This document shows positions 52,792-61,840 of a stretch of DNA of 64,000 nucleotides, one piece after another. The position numbers and the translations under genes are program-made. Numbering within the stretch: position 1 is the first letter of the stretch; each line of letters begins with the position of its first letter. Under the pieces are notes generated by a model. That model did no database searches and had not been told where the DNA came from. It saw only the letters and a list, made by a program, of their open reading frames with translations. The stretch comes from Bacillota bacterium (GTDB lineage Bacteria > Bacillota > Sulfobacillia > Sulfobacillales > JAIMBI01), in NCBI GenBank assembly GCA_021846565.1, contig JAJZWS010000011.1, positions 4,797 to 68,796 on the forward strand. The letters run 5' to 3'.

Positions 52792-53147
52792 AAGGCGAGG
52801 AGGAACTGCGCACCGCCTACTGGGAGGATTGCCGCACCGACCCGCGCTTCCCGCTGTGGGTGATTTTTCGACGCGTGGGGCAATCGCCGACCGTCCAGGA
52901 CGGATTGCCCTACGTGCGCCCGGCTGGACCCGATCTGCCCAGCGTGCTCAAGCGTCTGGAGCAGTGGCCCCGTCTGTCCGAGCTTGCGCAGCACCTGGGC
53001 CTGTCCACTGACGACTGCCGTGCGGTGCTTTGGCATCTCATCTGGCGACTGGAACGCGGTGCGGCGGATCCGGCCTGGGTGGACTGGAACGCTCGCGTCG
53101 ACGCGGCGTGGGGTTCGGAGGGCGATCCGCCGCTTGGGTCCGAGTGA
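52788..53147 (+). CDS. Hypothetical 119-aa protein with a possible HTH (LSELAQHLGLSTDDCRAVLWHLIWRLE) and two Cys
   Basis: GTG start overlapping the upstream stop (GTGA). The helix-turn-helix-like stretch resembles ArsR/MarR-type recognition regions. Cys14 and Cys77 are the only cysteines. Confidence 0.45.
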   Translation: MKGEEELRTAYWEDCRTDPRFPLWVIFRRVGQSPTVQDGLPYVRPAGPDLPSVLKRLEQWPRLSELAQHLGLSTDDCRAVLWHLIWRLERGAADPAWVDWNARVDAAWGSEGDPPLGSE

Positions 53148-53223
53148 CCGGCACCTTTTAAGCAGGCCCATTCCATAGTTTGATGGGCGTGCCGGGTACT
53201 CGCACGCTCACGGGAACGCATGG

Positions 53224-53580
53224 CTAGTCCAACTCCGGAGGGTTGGTCCGCGGCGTCCAGCGCTCGCTGTCGCGGTCGTGAAACTTCTGCATGGCTCTCA
53301 GAAACGCTTGGGTCAGGTCAATGTCCAGCGCATTGGCCATCGAGGCCACGACGAACAGCAGATCCCCCAGCTCCTCCGCCACGGACCCCGGGGGCTCGTC
53401 CGGCTTCTTGGGCTTCGGCCCGTAGGTGTGGTTCACCTCCCGCGCAAGCTCGCCCACTTCCTCGGCGAGGCGCGCCACCATGGCCAGGGGTGGAAAATAG
53501 CCCTCTGCAAAGCGGCCAATCCACCGATCCACGGCACGCTGCACCTCGGCCACCGTCAGCTCGCCCGACGCCTCGTCCAC
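53224..53580 (-). CDS. MazG-like nucleotide pyrophosphohydrolase
   Basis: 118 aa. EEVGELAREV .. EELGDLLFVV (EExxE..ExxD metal-binding helices). Confidence 0.85.
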   Translation of the reverse strand: MDEASGELTVAEVQRAVDRWIGRFAEGYFPPLAMVARLAEEVGELAREVNHTYGPKPKKPDEPPGSVAEELGDLLFVVASMANALDIDLTQAFLRAMQKFHDRDSERWTPRTNPPELD

Positions 53581-53597
53581 CGGCGGCCCCCCTCTGT

Positions 53598-54050
53598 TCA
53601 GTCCCGATGATATGGGTGCCCGCGGTCAAGCGTCGACACCCGATAAAGCTGTTCCGCCACCATAAGAATAGCCAGCTCGTGGGGCCACGTCAGCGGCGAG
53701 AGCGACCACGTGGCATCGGCCCGGGCCGTGATGGCCCCGCAGAGCCCCTCGGCGCCGCCAAGCACCAGCACCAGCGGCCGCGGGCCCCCCAGCAGGCCCG
53801 CGAGCCAACGGTGCAGCTCGCGCGTCGTATACGGCCGCCCGCGTTCGTCCAGCGCAATCACGAAATCGGTGGGCCGGATGTGGGCCAGCGCCGCGGTAGC
53901 TGCCTGCCGCCGGGCGGCCGGGCCTCCTTGGTTCTTGGCGGGCACCACCACCCAGTCCCACGCCCACGGCGGCCGCGTGCGGCGGCGGTACGCTTCGACT
54001 GCCGGCGCCCACTCGCCGCCGGACGCCCGCCCGATCGTGATGACCCGCAC
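53598..54050 (-). CDS. rlmH: 23S rRNA (pseudouridine1915-N3)-methyltransferase
   Basis: GAGGAGG lies 7 nt before GTG 54050. VRVITIGR.., LVLVLGGAEGL and a C-terminal GHPYHRD SPOUT signature. Confidence 0.85.
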   Translation of the reverse strand: MRVITIGRASGGEWAPAVEAYRRRTRPPWAWDWVVVPAKNQGGPAARRQAATAALAHIRPTDFVIALDERGRPYTTRELHRWLAGLLGGPRPLVLVLGGAEGLCGAITARADATWSLSPLTWPHELAILMVAEQLYRVSTLDRGHPYHRD

Positions 54051-54170
54051 GTCCCCGCCTCCTCGAGACCCTTCATACTTTAGTCCCATCCCGCTTGATC
54101 CCCCGCGAACACAGGCGCACAATGAACCCTTGTCGTAGTGGCCACGCGGTTTTCCTTCACCGTATCATGT

Positions 54171-54189
54171 CGCCCAACACTTGACGGGT
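54171..54189 (+). promoter_or_regulatory. Copy 2 of the exact 19-mer CGCCCAACACTTGACGGGT
   Basis: Identical to 22439..22457. Lies 82 nt before the ABC exporter ATG. Confidence 0.45.
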
Positions 54190-54217
54190 TGGCGAACGCC
54201 CGCGGGCGGCTTAAGAT
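54189..54217 (+). promoter_or_regulatory. Candidate sigma-A-type promoter of the ABC exporter operon (TTGGCG-17-TAAGAT)
   Basis: TTGGCG at 54189-54194, a 17-nt spacer containing the palindrome CGCCCGCGGGCG, and TAAGAT at 54212-54217. Confidence 0.35.
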
Positions 54218-54252
54218 GAGATTGTTAACTAACTTAGTCATCGGGAGGATCT

Positions 54253-56001
54253 ATGCAGGACTGGTTGATGGGCTTCGTGCGCCCACACTTGCGCGATGGG
54301 ATCCTGGCGGTTATCGGAGCCGTGTTCGCGGCGGGGCTGAACCTGGTGCCCCCGGCCCTGTCGCGTCTATTGGTCAACAACGTGCTGATCGGCCATCAGC
54401 TGCAGTGGCTCTGGCCAATCATCGGGGCATCCATCGGGTTTGCCATTTTGTTTGGCGTGTTTTCCTTTATGCAGGCCTACCTGTCGGAGCGCCTGGGCCA
54501 AGCGGTCTTGCGGCGGATGCGGGATCAGCTGTACGACCACCTCACCGGCCTCTCGTACTCCTTTCACGACTCGGTGCAGACCGGCCAGCTGATGAGCCGG
54601 CTCACGTCGGACGTGCAGTGGGTGTCCATGTTTTTCTCCAGCTTCTTCACCCAGGGGACGCAGGTGCTGTTCACCCTGGTGTTTGTGATTGCGGCGATTG
54701 CGATTTTGGACTGGCAGCTGGCCTTGGTGCTCTTAGGCCTCATGCCGTTTTTGACCCTGATGGTGCTGCGCTTTGACCATCGCATCCGGCCGGCCTTTCG
54801 CGCCATCCGGCAGCAGTTTGCGGTGATGACGACGCAGCTGCAGGAAAACATTACTGGCGTGCGTGTGGTGAAGGCGTTTGGCCAGGAGCCGCGGGAAGCC
54901 GACACCTTCAACGAGACGCTGGACGTGCTGTTTGAGCGCAACCTGGACACCGCCCGGCTGCAGAGCAGCTTCTTTCCGCTGTTTGGCCTTATCGGGGGGG
55001 CTTACGGCGTCGTGGTATTTCTTTTCGGCGGCTGGCAGGCCATTCACCACATCATCTCCGTCGGGAGCCTAGTGGCGATGTCCTCGTACGTGGTGATGAT
55101 GATGGTGCCGCTGCAAAGCCTGGGATTTGTGCTGAACCTGTACGCCCAGTTTGGCACGGCTGGCCAGCGCCTGTGGGAGCTCATGCAAGAAGAAGCCACC
55201 ATCGTCGCGCCGCCGAAGGCCCACCGACCCCAGAAGGTGTCGGGCGCCATCGAGATGACCCAAGTGTCGTCGGCGTATCGGGATGCCATGCGGCCAGCGC
55301 TCACCGGCATTTCCTTCAAGGTGGAGCCCGGCCAGTCCGTGGCGCTGGTGGGGCCTACCGGCGCCGGCAAAACCAGCGTCATCGCCCTCATTCCCCGCTT
55401 ATACGACGTCACCAGCGGGTCGGTGACTGTGGACGGCGTGGATGTGCGGCAGTGGGATCCCGTGTGGCTCCGCCGCCACATCGGCGTAGTGCCCCAGGAA
55501 ACGTTTTTGTTTTCCGCCACGGTGCGCGAAAACATCGCCTATGGCCGGCCGGAGGCGACGTTCGAAGAAGTAAGGCGCGCAGCCGAGATGGCGCAGGCAG
55601 CCGAGTTCATCGACGACCTGGCGCGAGGCTACGACACCATTATTGGTGAGCGCGGGATTGGGCTCTCGGGGGGCCAGCGCCAGCGCATTGCGATTGCGCG
55701 GGCGCTGTTGGTGGACCCGCCAATAATCATCCTGGACGACGCGACCGCGAGCGTCGATTTGGAGACCGAGGCCGCCATCCAAGAAGCTACGCGCCGGCTC
55801 CTGTACGGCCGCACAGCGATTGTCGTGGCGCACCGGCTCTCTTCGCTGCAGGCGGCGCACGAGATTCTGGTGATTGACGACGGGCGCATCGTACAGCGCG
55901 GGCGCCACCCGCAACTGGTGGGAGTCCCGGGCATCTATCGGGACGTCCACGACATTCAGTCCCGCGACCAGCGCCAGGTGTTGGGCGGCACCGCGTCTTA
56001 G
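54253..56001 (+). CDS. ABC exporter, fused permease/ATPase half-transporter (multidrug/lipid exporter type)
   Basis: 582 aa. 6 TM segments, Walker A GPTGAGKTS, signature LSGGQRQRIAIARAL and Walker B IIILDDATAS. Confidence 0.92.
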   Translation: MQDWLMGFVRPHLRDGILAVIGAVFAAGLNLVPPALSRLLVNNVLIGHQLQWLWPIIGASIGFAILFGVFSFMQAYLSERLGQAVLRRMRDQLYDHLTGLSYSFHDSVQTGQLMSRLTSDVQWVSMFFSSFFTQGTQVLFTLVFVIAAIAILDWQLALVLLGLMPFLTLMVLRFDHRIRPAFRAIRQQFAVMTTQLQENITGVRVVKAFGQEPREADTFNETLDVLFERNLDTARLQSSFFPLFGLIGGAYGVVVFLFGGWQAIHHIISVGSLVAMSSYVVMMMVPLQSLGFVLNLYAQFGTAGQRLWELMQEEATIVAPPKAHRPQKVSGAIEMTQVSSAYRDAMRPALTGISFKVEPGQSVALVGPTGAGKTSVIALIPRLYDVTSGSVTVDGVDVRQWDPVWLRRHIGVVPQETFLFSATVRENIAYGRPEATFEEVRRAAEMAQAAEFIDDLARGYDTIIGERGIGLSGGQRQRIAIARALLVDPPIIILDDATASVDLETEAAIQEATRRLLYGRTAIVVAHRLSSLQAAHEILVIDDGRIVQRGRHPQLVGVPGIYRDVHDIQSRDQRQVLGGTAS

Positions 56002-56017
56002 GCGAGGAGGACCATCC

Positions 56018-57847
56018 GTGATTAACCGCATTGACCAAGAAGAAGAGCCGGTGGAACGCCCGTTTGACGGTAAGATGTTCCTGCGGCTCCTCGGGTATCT
56101 CCTGCCCTACAAGCGGATGCTGACGTGGGCCATCATTGCGCTGGTGTTTGGGACCCTCGCGACCCTGGCGATTCCTTACATGTTCGAGCTCGCGATCAAC
56201 CAGGACATTCTGCCGGGCCACTTCCAGGGGCTGTTGTCGCTGGCGGGTGTCATGATCTTTATCTACGTGGTGCGCTACGTGAGCACCCGGATTCAAACCT
56301 GGGTCATCTCCAAGATGGGCCAGGAAGTCCTGCGCGACCTGCGCAGCCAGCTGTTCACGCACATCAACCGATTGAACTTCACGTTCTTTGACCGCCTCCC
56401 GGCGGGAAAAATCATGACCCGGGTGACGTCCGACGTGTCGAACCTGAACTCGCTGTTGAGCCAAGGGTTGGTCAGCACGCTCAGCAACGCACTCACGTTG
56501 GTGGGCACGGTGGCCGCCATGCTGATCCTGAAGTGGAACCTGGCCCTGGTGTCCTTTATCGTGCTGCCACTCTTAGTGACGCTGTCGACACGGTTCCGCC
56601 GCATGATCGTGGAGCGCTGGCGGCGGGTGCGTCGGCAAATTTCCATCGTCAACGCGACGTGGGCCGAGTCGCTGTACGGCGCGCGGGTCGTCTCGTCGTT
56701 CGGCCGCGAGGACCACAACCGGGATCACTTTCACGGCATCTCCCAAGCCAACTTCGTGGCGCACGTGCGCGCCATGATGCTGTCGGCGATGTTTGGCCCC
56801 GCCATCACGTTTGCCGGCACGGTGGGCACTGGGCTGGTGTTCTGGTACGGCACGTCGCTGTACGCCGCGCACGCGGTGTCGCTGGGCCTCATCGTGGCGT
56901 TTCTGAACTACCTGGCCGGGTTCTGGCAGCCCATCTCTCAGCTGGGCAACTTCTACAACCAGCTGCTGGTGGCCATGGCGTCGGCCGAGCGCGTCTTCGA
57001 GTATCTTGACCAGGCACCGCTGGTCACCAATCGCGAACAGACCCGGTCGGTGGACCGGCTCACCGGCGAGGTCGAATTTGACCACGTGGTGTTCGAGTAC
57101 GTCCCGGGCCGTCCGGTGCTGCGCGACGTGTCGTTCCATGTGCCGGCCGGGCAAACCATTGCGCTGGTGGGCGCCACCGGCGCGGGCAAAAGCAGCATCC
57201 TGTCGCTGTTGCCCCGCTTCTACGATGTGGTGGGCGGTGCCATCCTCCTGGACGGCATCGACATCCGCGATATTGAAATGCGGGCGCTGCGCCGCCAAGT
57301 GGCGCTCGTGCTGCAGGACACCTTTATCTTCGACGCCACCATCCGGGACAATATCCGCTATGGGCGGCCGGAAGCCACCGATGCCCAGGTGGAGGCGGCG
57401 GCCGAGGCGGCCTGTGCCCATCACTTCATCAGCGAGCTGCCGCAAGGCTACGACACCCCGGTGAAGGAGCGGGGGTCGCGGCTCTCCCTGGGGCAGCGCC
57501 AGCTGTTGGCGTTTGCCCGCGCGATCCTGGCCGACCCCGCCATTTTGATCCTGGACGAGGCCACCGCCAGCATCGACACCAGCACCGAGGTGCTGGTGCA
57601 GCAGGGCCTAAAGCGGCTGTTGGCGAACCGCACGGCGTTCGTAGCGGCCCACCGACTCTCCACGATTCGCGAGGCCGACCGGATTTTGGTCATCGACCAC
57701 GGCAAGCTGGCGGAGGCGGGCAGCCACGACGAGCTGCTGGCCGCAAGGGGCCACTACTTCCGGTTCCTGAACGCGCAGTTCCAGCTGGAGGCCAATGGGG
57801 GCTGGTTCGGCCACCCCCAGGAGGTGGCCGCCGGCCAGGACGCCTGA
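56018..57847 (+). CDS. ABC exporter, second fused permease/ATPase half-transporter
   Basis: GTG 56018 with a GGCGAGGAGG RBS. Walker A GATGAGKSS, signature LSLGQRQLLAFARAI and Walker B ILILDEATAS. Confidence 0.92.
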   Translation: MINRIDQEEEPVERPFDGKMFLRLLGYLLPYKRMLTWAIIALVFGTLATLAIPYMFELAINQDILPGHFQGLLSLAGVMIFIYVVRYVSTRIQTWVISKMGQEVLRDLRSQLFTHINRLNFTFFDRLPAGKIMTRVTSDVSNLNSLLSQGLVSTLSNALTLVGTVAAMLILKWNLALVSFIVLPLLVTLSTRFRRMIVERWRRVRRQISIVNATWAESLYGARVVSSFGREDHNRDHFHGISQANFVAHVRAMMLSAMFGPAITFAGTVGTGLVFWYGTSLYAAHAVSLGLIVAFLNYLAGFWQPISQLGNFYNQLLVAMASAERVFEYLDQAPLVTNREQTRSVDRLTGEVEFDHVVFEYVPGRPVLRDVSFHVPAGQTIALVGATGAGKSSILSLLPRFYDVVGGAILLDGIDIRDIEMRALRRQVALVLQDTFIFDATIRDNIRYGRPEATDAQVEAAAEAACAHHFISELPQGYDTPVKERGSRLSLGQRQLLAFARAILADPAILILDEATASIDTSTEVLVQQGLKRLLANRTAFVAAHRLSTIREADRILVIDHGKLAEAGSHDELLAARGHYFRFLNAQFQLEANGGWFGHPQEVAAGQDA

Positions 57848-57862
57848 GTCCCCACGACCAAA

Positions 57863-57889
57863 AGGCCCTCCCCAAAAAGGGGAGGGCCT
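57863..57889. terminator. Bidirectional intrinsic terminator hairpin between convergent genes
   Basis: AGGCCCTCCCC-AAAAA-GGGGAGGGCCT, a perfect 11-bp stem, between stop 57847 (+) and stop 57904 (-). Confidence 0.7.
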
Positions 57890-57903
57890 GTCCCTTGGCG
57901 GCG

Positions 57904-58446
57904 TCAGAACGGGGTGGCCGGCGCCAGCGCCGTTTGTCGTTCCCCCAGGGCGTCCAGGACGGCCGAGAGCGCCGCCGCAAGACGGGGCCGCCGCGCCGCT
58001 TCGTCGGAGAGCGGTCCCGGATGGGCCAGTGCCGCCAGCAAGTCGACGTGGCCCGCCAGCCGCGCATCGCACGCCACCAGCAGGTCCAGCAGGTTGTCGT
58101 TGCCGCGAAGCCGATGGAACACCCGATCCTGCGAGGGCATCTCCTGCGCTCGCACGCGTGACGCCTCCGCCGAACACTGGTCGGCCATGTGCTTCAGGTC
58201 CTGCACCCGCGCCATGGCCTCGCGGTCCGGCCATGGGTGCTCGCGCGTGGGCGTCGGAAGACTGCGGTGCGCTTCGGTGTACCACGCACGCCACTGGCTG
58301 GCCACGGCCTCCAGCGCGTCGGCGGTGTGGTTGCGAATCACGTTGTCCCATTGGCGAAGGCTGTCAGCCGTCGCGTAGGGGTTGGTATCCCGCTCTTCGG
58401 AGAGCCACTTGTCCAGAGCCACCGGCCAGGCGTCGTGCCGCTCCAT
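57904..58446 (-). CDS. Hypothetical helical protein, second gene of the SPFH operon
   Basis: 180 aa. Lies 16 nt downstream of the SPFH gene. No motif recognised. Confidence 0.5.
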   Translation of the reverse strand: MERHDAWPVALDKWLSEERDTNPYATADSLRQWDNVIRNHTADALEAVASQWRAWYTEAHRSLPTPTREHPWPDREAMARVQDLKHMADQCSAEASRVRAQEMPSQDRVFHRLRGNDNLLDLLVACDARLAGHVDLLAALAHPGPLSDEAARRPRLAAALSAVLDALGERQTALAPATPF

Positions 58447-58462
58447 CTTCGTTGGTCCTCCG

Positions 58463-59290
58463 TTAGCCGCGCGGCCCAGTGAGGTTGGTGGGATTCACGA
58501 GCGGTGTGCCGCCCGAGATGGTGAACCCGGTGTTGGTGACAATGTTAGGGGCCGTCAAGAGCCCCTTGTCGGCCATGAGCATTGCGATGTGGTATCGGAC
58601 CGCCTGCTCTTCGTTCAGGCCAAACGCGCGGAGCGAAATCAACTGCTTCATGAGAGGGTCGGACGGGGCCACCAGCACCTTCACGTTGTTGAGGGTAATG
58701 CCGTAGGTGCTGAGAAACTCTTGCAGATGGCCGGTCACCAGGTCCGAGATGTCGTGAATGTGCTCGTTGATCTCCTCCAGCGGCGTCACCTGGCACACCT
58801 GGTTGATGGCCTGCTCCAACACTGGCGCCGCGTAGGTGTTCACCTCGGGTGTCTTGATGAAGTGGCCCTCGTACGGCATGTGCTGCACCAGCTTTAGGGC
58901 GTCGTCCTTGGAGTCGACATGAATGTAATAGTCTACCTGGTAGTGCAGCTGGGCCATCTCGCGCGAGAGGGCCTGGCCTTCGGTGCGGATCACCAGCTTG
59001 GCCCGGCTCACGTAGATGGCTTCATACTGCCAGGGAGACTGCCCACCGTAAAACGACTGCTGGATGGCCCCCACAATCACCTTCTGCGGCGTGTCCACCG
59101 GATACTGGCCGGTTTCGTACACGTTCAAGATCGCCCCGCGGGACTTCAGCACGCAGAAGTGGTTCGACTCCACAGTCACCAGTGACCCATTCAAAATATC
59201 GTTGCCGGGATGATGATAAAGCAGCACATCGGGACCCATGATTTCGCGTCCGTCGTTGCCCAGCGTCGAAATCACGTTGCGAATTGCCAT
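58463..59290 (-). CDS. SPFH/band-7-related protein of the YdjI / 'virion core protein-like' family
   Basis: GGAGGAGG RBS before ATG 59290. MAIRNVIS..HHPGNDILNGSLVTVESNHFCVLKSRGAILNVYETGQY.. matches my recollection of YdjI-like proteins. Confidence 0.65.
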   Translation of the reverse strand: MAIRNVISTLGNDGREIMGPDVLLYHHPGNDILNGSLVTVESNHFCVLKSRGAILNVYETGQYPVDTPQKVIVGAIQQSFYGGQSPWQYEAIYVSRAKLVIRTEGQALSREMAQLHYQVDYYIHVDSKDDALKLVQHMPYEGHFIKTPEVNTYAAPVLEQAINQVCQVTPLEEINEHIHDISDLVTGHLQEFLSTYGITLNNVKVLVAPSDPLMKQLISLRAFGLNEEQAVRYHIAMLMADKGLLTAPNIVTNTGFTISGGTPLVNPTNLTGPRG

Positions 59291-59428
59291 CGCCCATCCT
59301 CCTCCAATCGCGTGCCGACGACTCCAGTGCCAGCCCCCTTCCCGGTTTGGGAAAAGCGCCAGGATTAGGATAGCGCATGCTAAGACATTTCGTCGGGTAA
59401 ACGGCCGCATTTGTCGCGAGGCCGCGCG

Positions 59429-60061
59429 CTAGCCCGATTCCTCCTCCACGTTGGAGGGAATCGTGGACCTAATCAGGGCCGCGATGGCCCGCTCTGATTC
59501 GTGGGCACTTTCCGCCAACACCCGCACCACCCGCGCCCGTTGTTCGGCGGGTCGGTTCTGATTAAGCTTCTGCTTGCCCTCGAGGTGCTCCACCTCCACG
59601 GCAATGCCGACAATGGCCTGCCGCTGGGCCACGATGTCGGGGTGATCCAACTGCTGCAAGAGAGGCGCGTCGGGCTCGTGAAACGCCACCAGGCTCTCAA
59701 CCTGTTGGGCCAACTCGTCGTCGGTCAAAATCCGCGCGCGGCCGGTGGCGTGGACGGCGGTGTAGTCCCACGTAGGCACTTCCAACCCCGCCTCATACCA
59801 GCGAGGGGAGATATAACAATGGGGCCCTGCAAACACCACCAGCACCGAGGCGCCACTCACATGCCGCCAGTGGGGATTGGCCCGAGCCACATGACCCAGC
59901 AGCTGCGGCGTATCCGCGTCGGGTCCCCAGATCCACGGAAGGTGGGTGGCCAGCCACTCGCCCTCGGCCGTCTGCGACACCAGGAGTCCAAAGTTGTTGT
60001 GCGCCACGAAGGCCCGCACCGCCTCGCGGTCCTGCATGCGAAACGAAGCCGGATTATACAC
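59429..60061 (-). CDS. FMN-binding negative transcriptional regulator, PaiB family
   Basis: 210 aa. MYNPASFRMQDREAVRAFVAHNNFGLLVS.. with the canonical PaiB N-terminus. Confidence 0.85.
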   Translation of the reverse strand: MYNPASFRMQDREAVRAFVAHNNFGLLVSQTAEGEWLATHLPWIWGPDADTPQLLGHVARANPHWRHVSGASVLVVFAGPHCYISPRWYEAGLEVPTWDYTAVHATGRARILTDDELAQQVESLVAFHEPDAPLLQQLDHPDIVAQRQAIVGIAVEVEHLEGKQKLNQNRPAEQRARVVRVLAESAHESERAIAALIRSTIPSNVEEESG

Positions 60062-60225
60062 GTCGTTGCCTCCCCCACCACCACGGTAGCATGCATTCGG
60101 GAAGCGAGCGCGGCTCCTTCGCGATCGTTGACCCGATGGCGCAGGAGAACCGCATCCAATGCCGAAGCTTCTGAGGTAGCCTTCCGCGCCGTACCCTAAT
60201 GCCGTGTAGAAAGCGAGATGCCGCC

Positions 60226-61452
60226 ATGCCGACCGCCAACCTGCTGCAGGAAGCCCGCAACCTGTTCCCCCGCCTGGTGGAGGTGCGGCGTGCCATTCAC
60301 CGCCACCCGGAGTTAGGACTCGATACCGAGGAAACGGCCCGCCTGGTGGAGCGCGAGCTGCGTGACCTGGGCATCCCCCACCGCCGCCTGGCCGGTACGG
60401 GAGTGGCCGCGTATTTGGGACAGGACCGCCCGGGCCTGGCGCTGGTGCTACGAGGAGACATGGATGGCCTGCCCCTCCAGGAGGACACTGCCCTGCCCTT
60501 CAAAAGCGAAATCGCCGGGCGCATGCACGCGTGTGGGCACGACCTCCACACCACCTGCGTATTGGGGGCGGCGGCGCTGCTAAAGGCGCATGAAGCGGAT
60601 CTGCCCCAGCCCGTGGTTCTCATGTTTCAGCCGGCTGAGGAGGGGCCCGGGGGCGCGCTCCCGATGCTCAAAGACGGCATCCTGTCCGATCCGGCCGTAG
60701 GCGCGGCCATCATGGTGCACTGCGACGTCGAGCTTTCGGCCGGCACGGTGGGCTTTAAGAGCGGGCCGGCCATGGCCAGCGTGGACGACTTCACCATCAC
60801 GGTGCGTGGCCAGGGGGGCCACGCGGCCCACCCGGAGCGGGGCGTGGACGCCCTGGTGGTGGCTAGCCAGATTGTGGTGCTGGCCCAAACACTGGTAAGC
60901 CGCATGACCAATCCCACGGAGCCCGCGGTCCTCACGTTTGGCACGATTCATGGCGGCCACCGGCAAAACATCCTGGCCGACCGGGTGGAGCTCACCGGCA
61001 CCATCCGCACCTTTACGGCCAAGCGCCGTGACGGCATGGAACAAGAGCTCCACCGACTCGCCACCCATGTTGCCGCAGCGGCCGGCGCCCATGTCGAGGT
61101 GGTCGTCGAACACGGCTATCCCTCCGTGATTTGTGACAACCAGATGACTGCTCTGGCGCTTCAAGCTGCCGGCTCCGTGCTGGGAGCGGACCGCGCGGTG
61201 GTCCTTGCGGACCCGTCCACGGGCGCCGAGGACTTCGCGTACGTAGCGGCGCTGGTCCCGTCCGCTCACTGTCATTTGGGGGTGCGGTCCCCCGATACGG
61301 CCGACGTCGGCCCGGGCCGGGGGCTGCACTCGGCCCGCTTTGTGGCCGACGAAGGGGCCCTGCCCATCGGCGCGGCCGTGCTGGCGGGCGTGGCCCTAAG
61401 TGGGACGGCGGCGGTGGCCAGGCGAGCTGGGGCCATCCCCGCCGACTGGTAG
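60226..61452 (+). CDS. M20-family amidohydrolase (N-acyl-L-amino acid amidohydrolase / hippurate hydrolase-like)
   Basis: RRAIHRHPELG, MHACGHD and GGHAAHPE motifs. The ORF track start at 60199 lacks an RBS. Confidence 0.9.
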   Translation: MPTANLLQEARNLFPRLVEVRRAIHRHPELGLDTEETARLVERELRDLGIPHRRLAGTGVAAYLGQDRPGLALVLRGDMDGLPLQEDTALPFKSEIAGRMHACGHDLHTTCVLGAAALLKAHEADLPQPVVLMFQPAEEGPGGALPMLKDGILSDPAVGAAIMVHCDVELSAGTVGFKSGPAMASVDDFTITVRGQGGHAAHPERGVDALVVASQIVVLAQTLVSRMTNPTEPAVLTFGTIHGGHRQNILADRVELTGTIRTFTAKRRDGMEQELHRLATHVAAAAGAHVEVVVEHGYPSVICDNQMTALALQAAGSVLGADRAVVLADPSTGAEDFAYVAALVPSAHCHLGVRSPDTADVGPGRGLHSARFVADEGALPIGAAVLAGVALSGTAAVARRAGAIPADW

Positions 61453-61840
61453 CATCGCCGGGGCGGACCCGGGAGCCCAGGCCCTCTCCGGTTCTTCAGC
61501 CCGCCTCTCTGGCCAAGCCCGCCGGCAACGGGGTGCTGGCGGGCCATCTGCTCCATGGTGAAGTTGGCGACGGTCCCCCCACCACGACGGGGCATTCGCC
61601 GGCCCCCTGGCTCGACAGGAGCGACCACACCCGCCGCCGCGGACGGTTCCGTCGGCACCCCGTCGCATTCCACAGGTACCCGCATGGCGAGATACAATTC
61701 TTCGTCATTGAGCCGCCCGAACTGCGCGGCGAGTCCGGCGATGGCCTGCGTCCGCTATACACAGCTTTCCCGGGCGGCGCAATCCTACATTTCTACATTT
61801 GCATGCTTGGGGTTCGCGGCCTCTGAGGCAGCCGTCGCCG

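Noticed and set aside
54198-54209. Palindrome CGCCCGCGGGCG upstream of the ABC exporter as a regulatory hairpin
   Set aside because: It is a 12-nt GC palindrome with no loop and sits inside the putative promoter spacer. Sequences like this arise easily in GC-rich DNA. It is noted only as part of the promoter call.
61496-61762. Coding-like minus-strand stretch (..TQAIAGLAAQFGRLNDEELYLAMRVPVECDGVPTEP.. with high third-position GC) between the M20 gene and the membrane protein gene
   Set aside because: There is no plausible start after the upstream in-frame TAG apart from a weak TTG. The ORF then runs antisense into the M20 gene, and I recognise no family. It may be another gene remnant but is unsupported.
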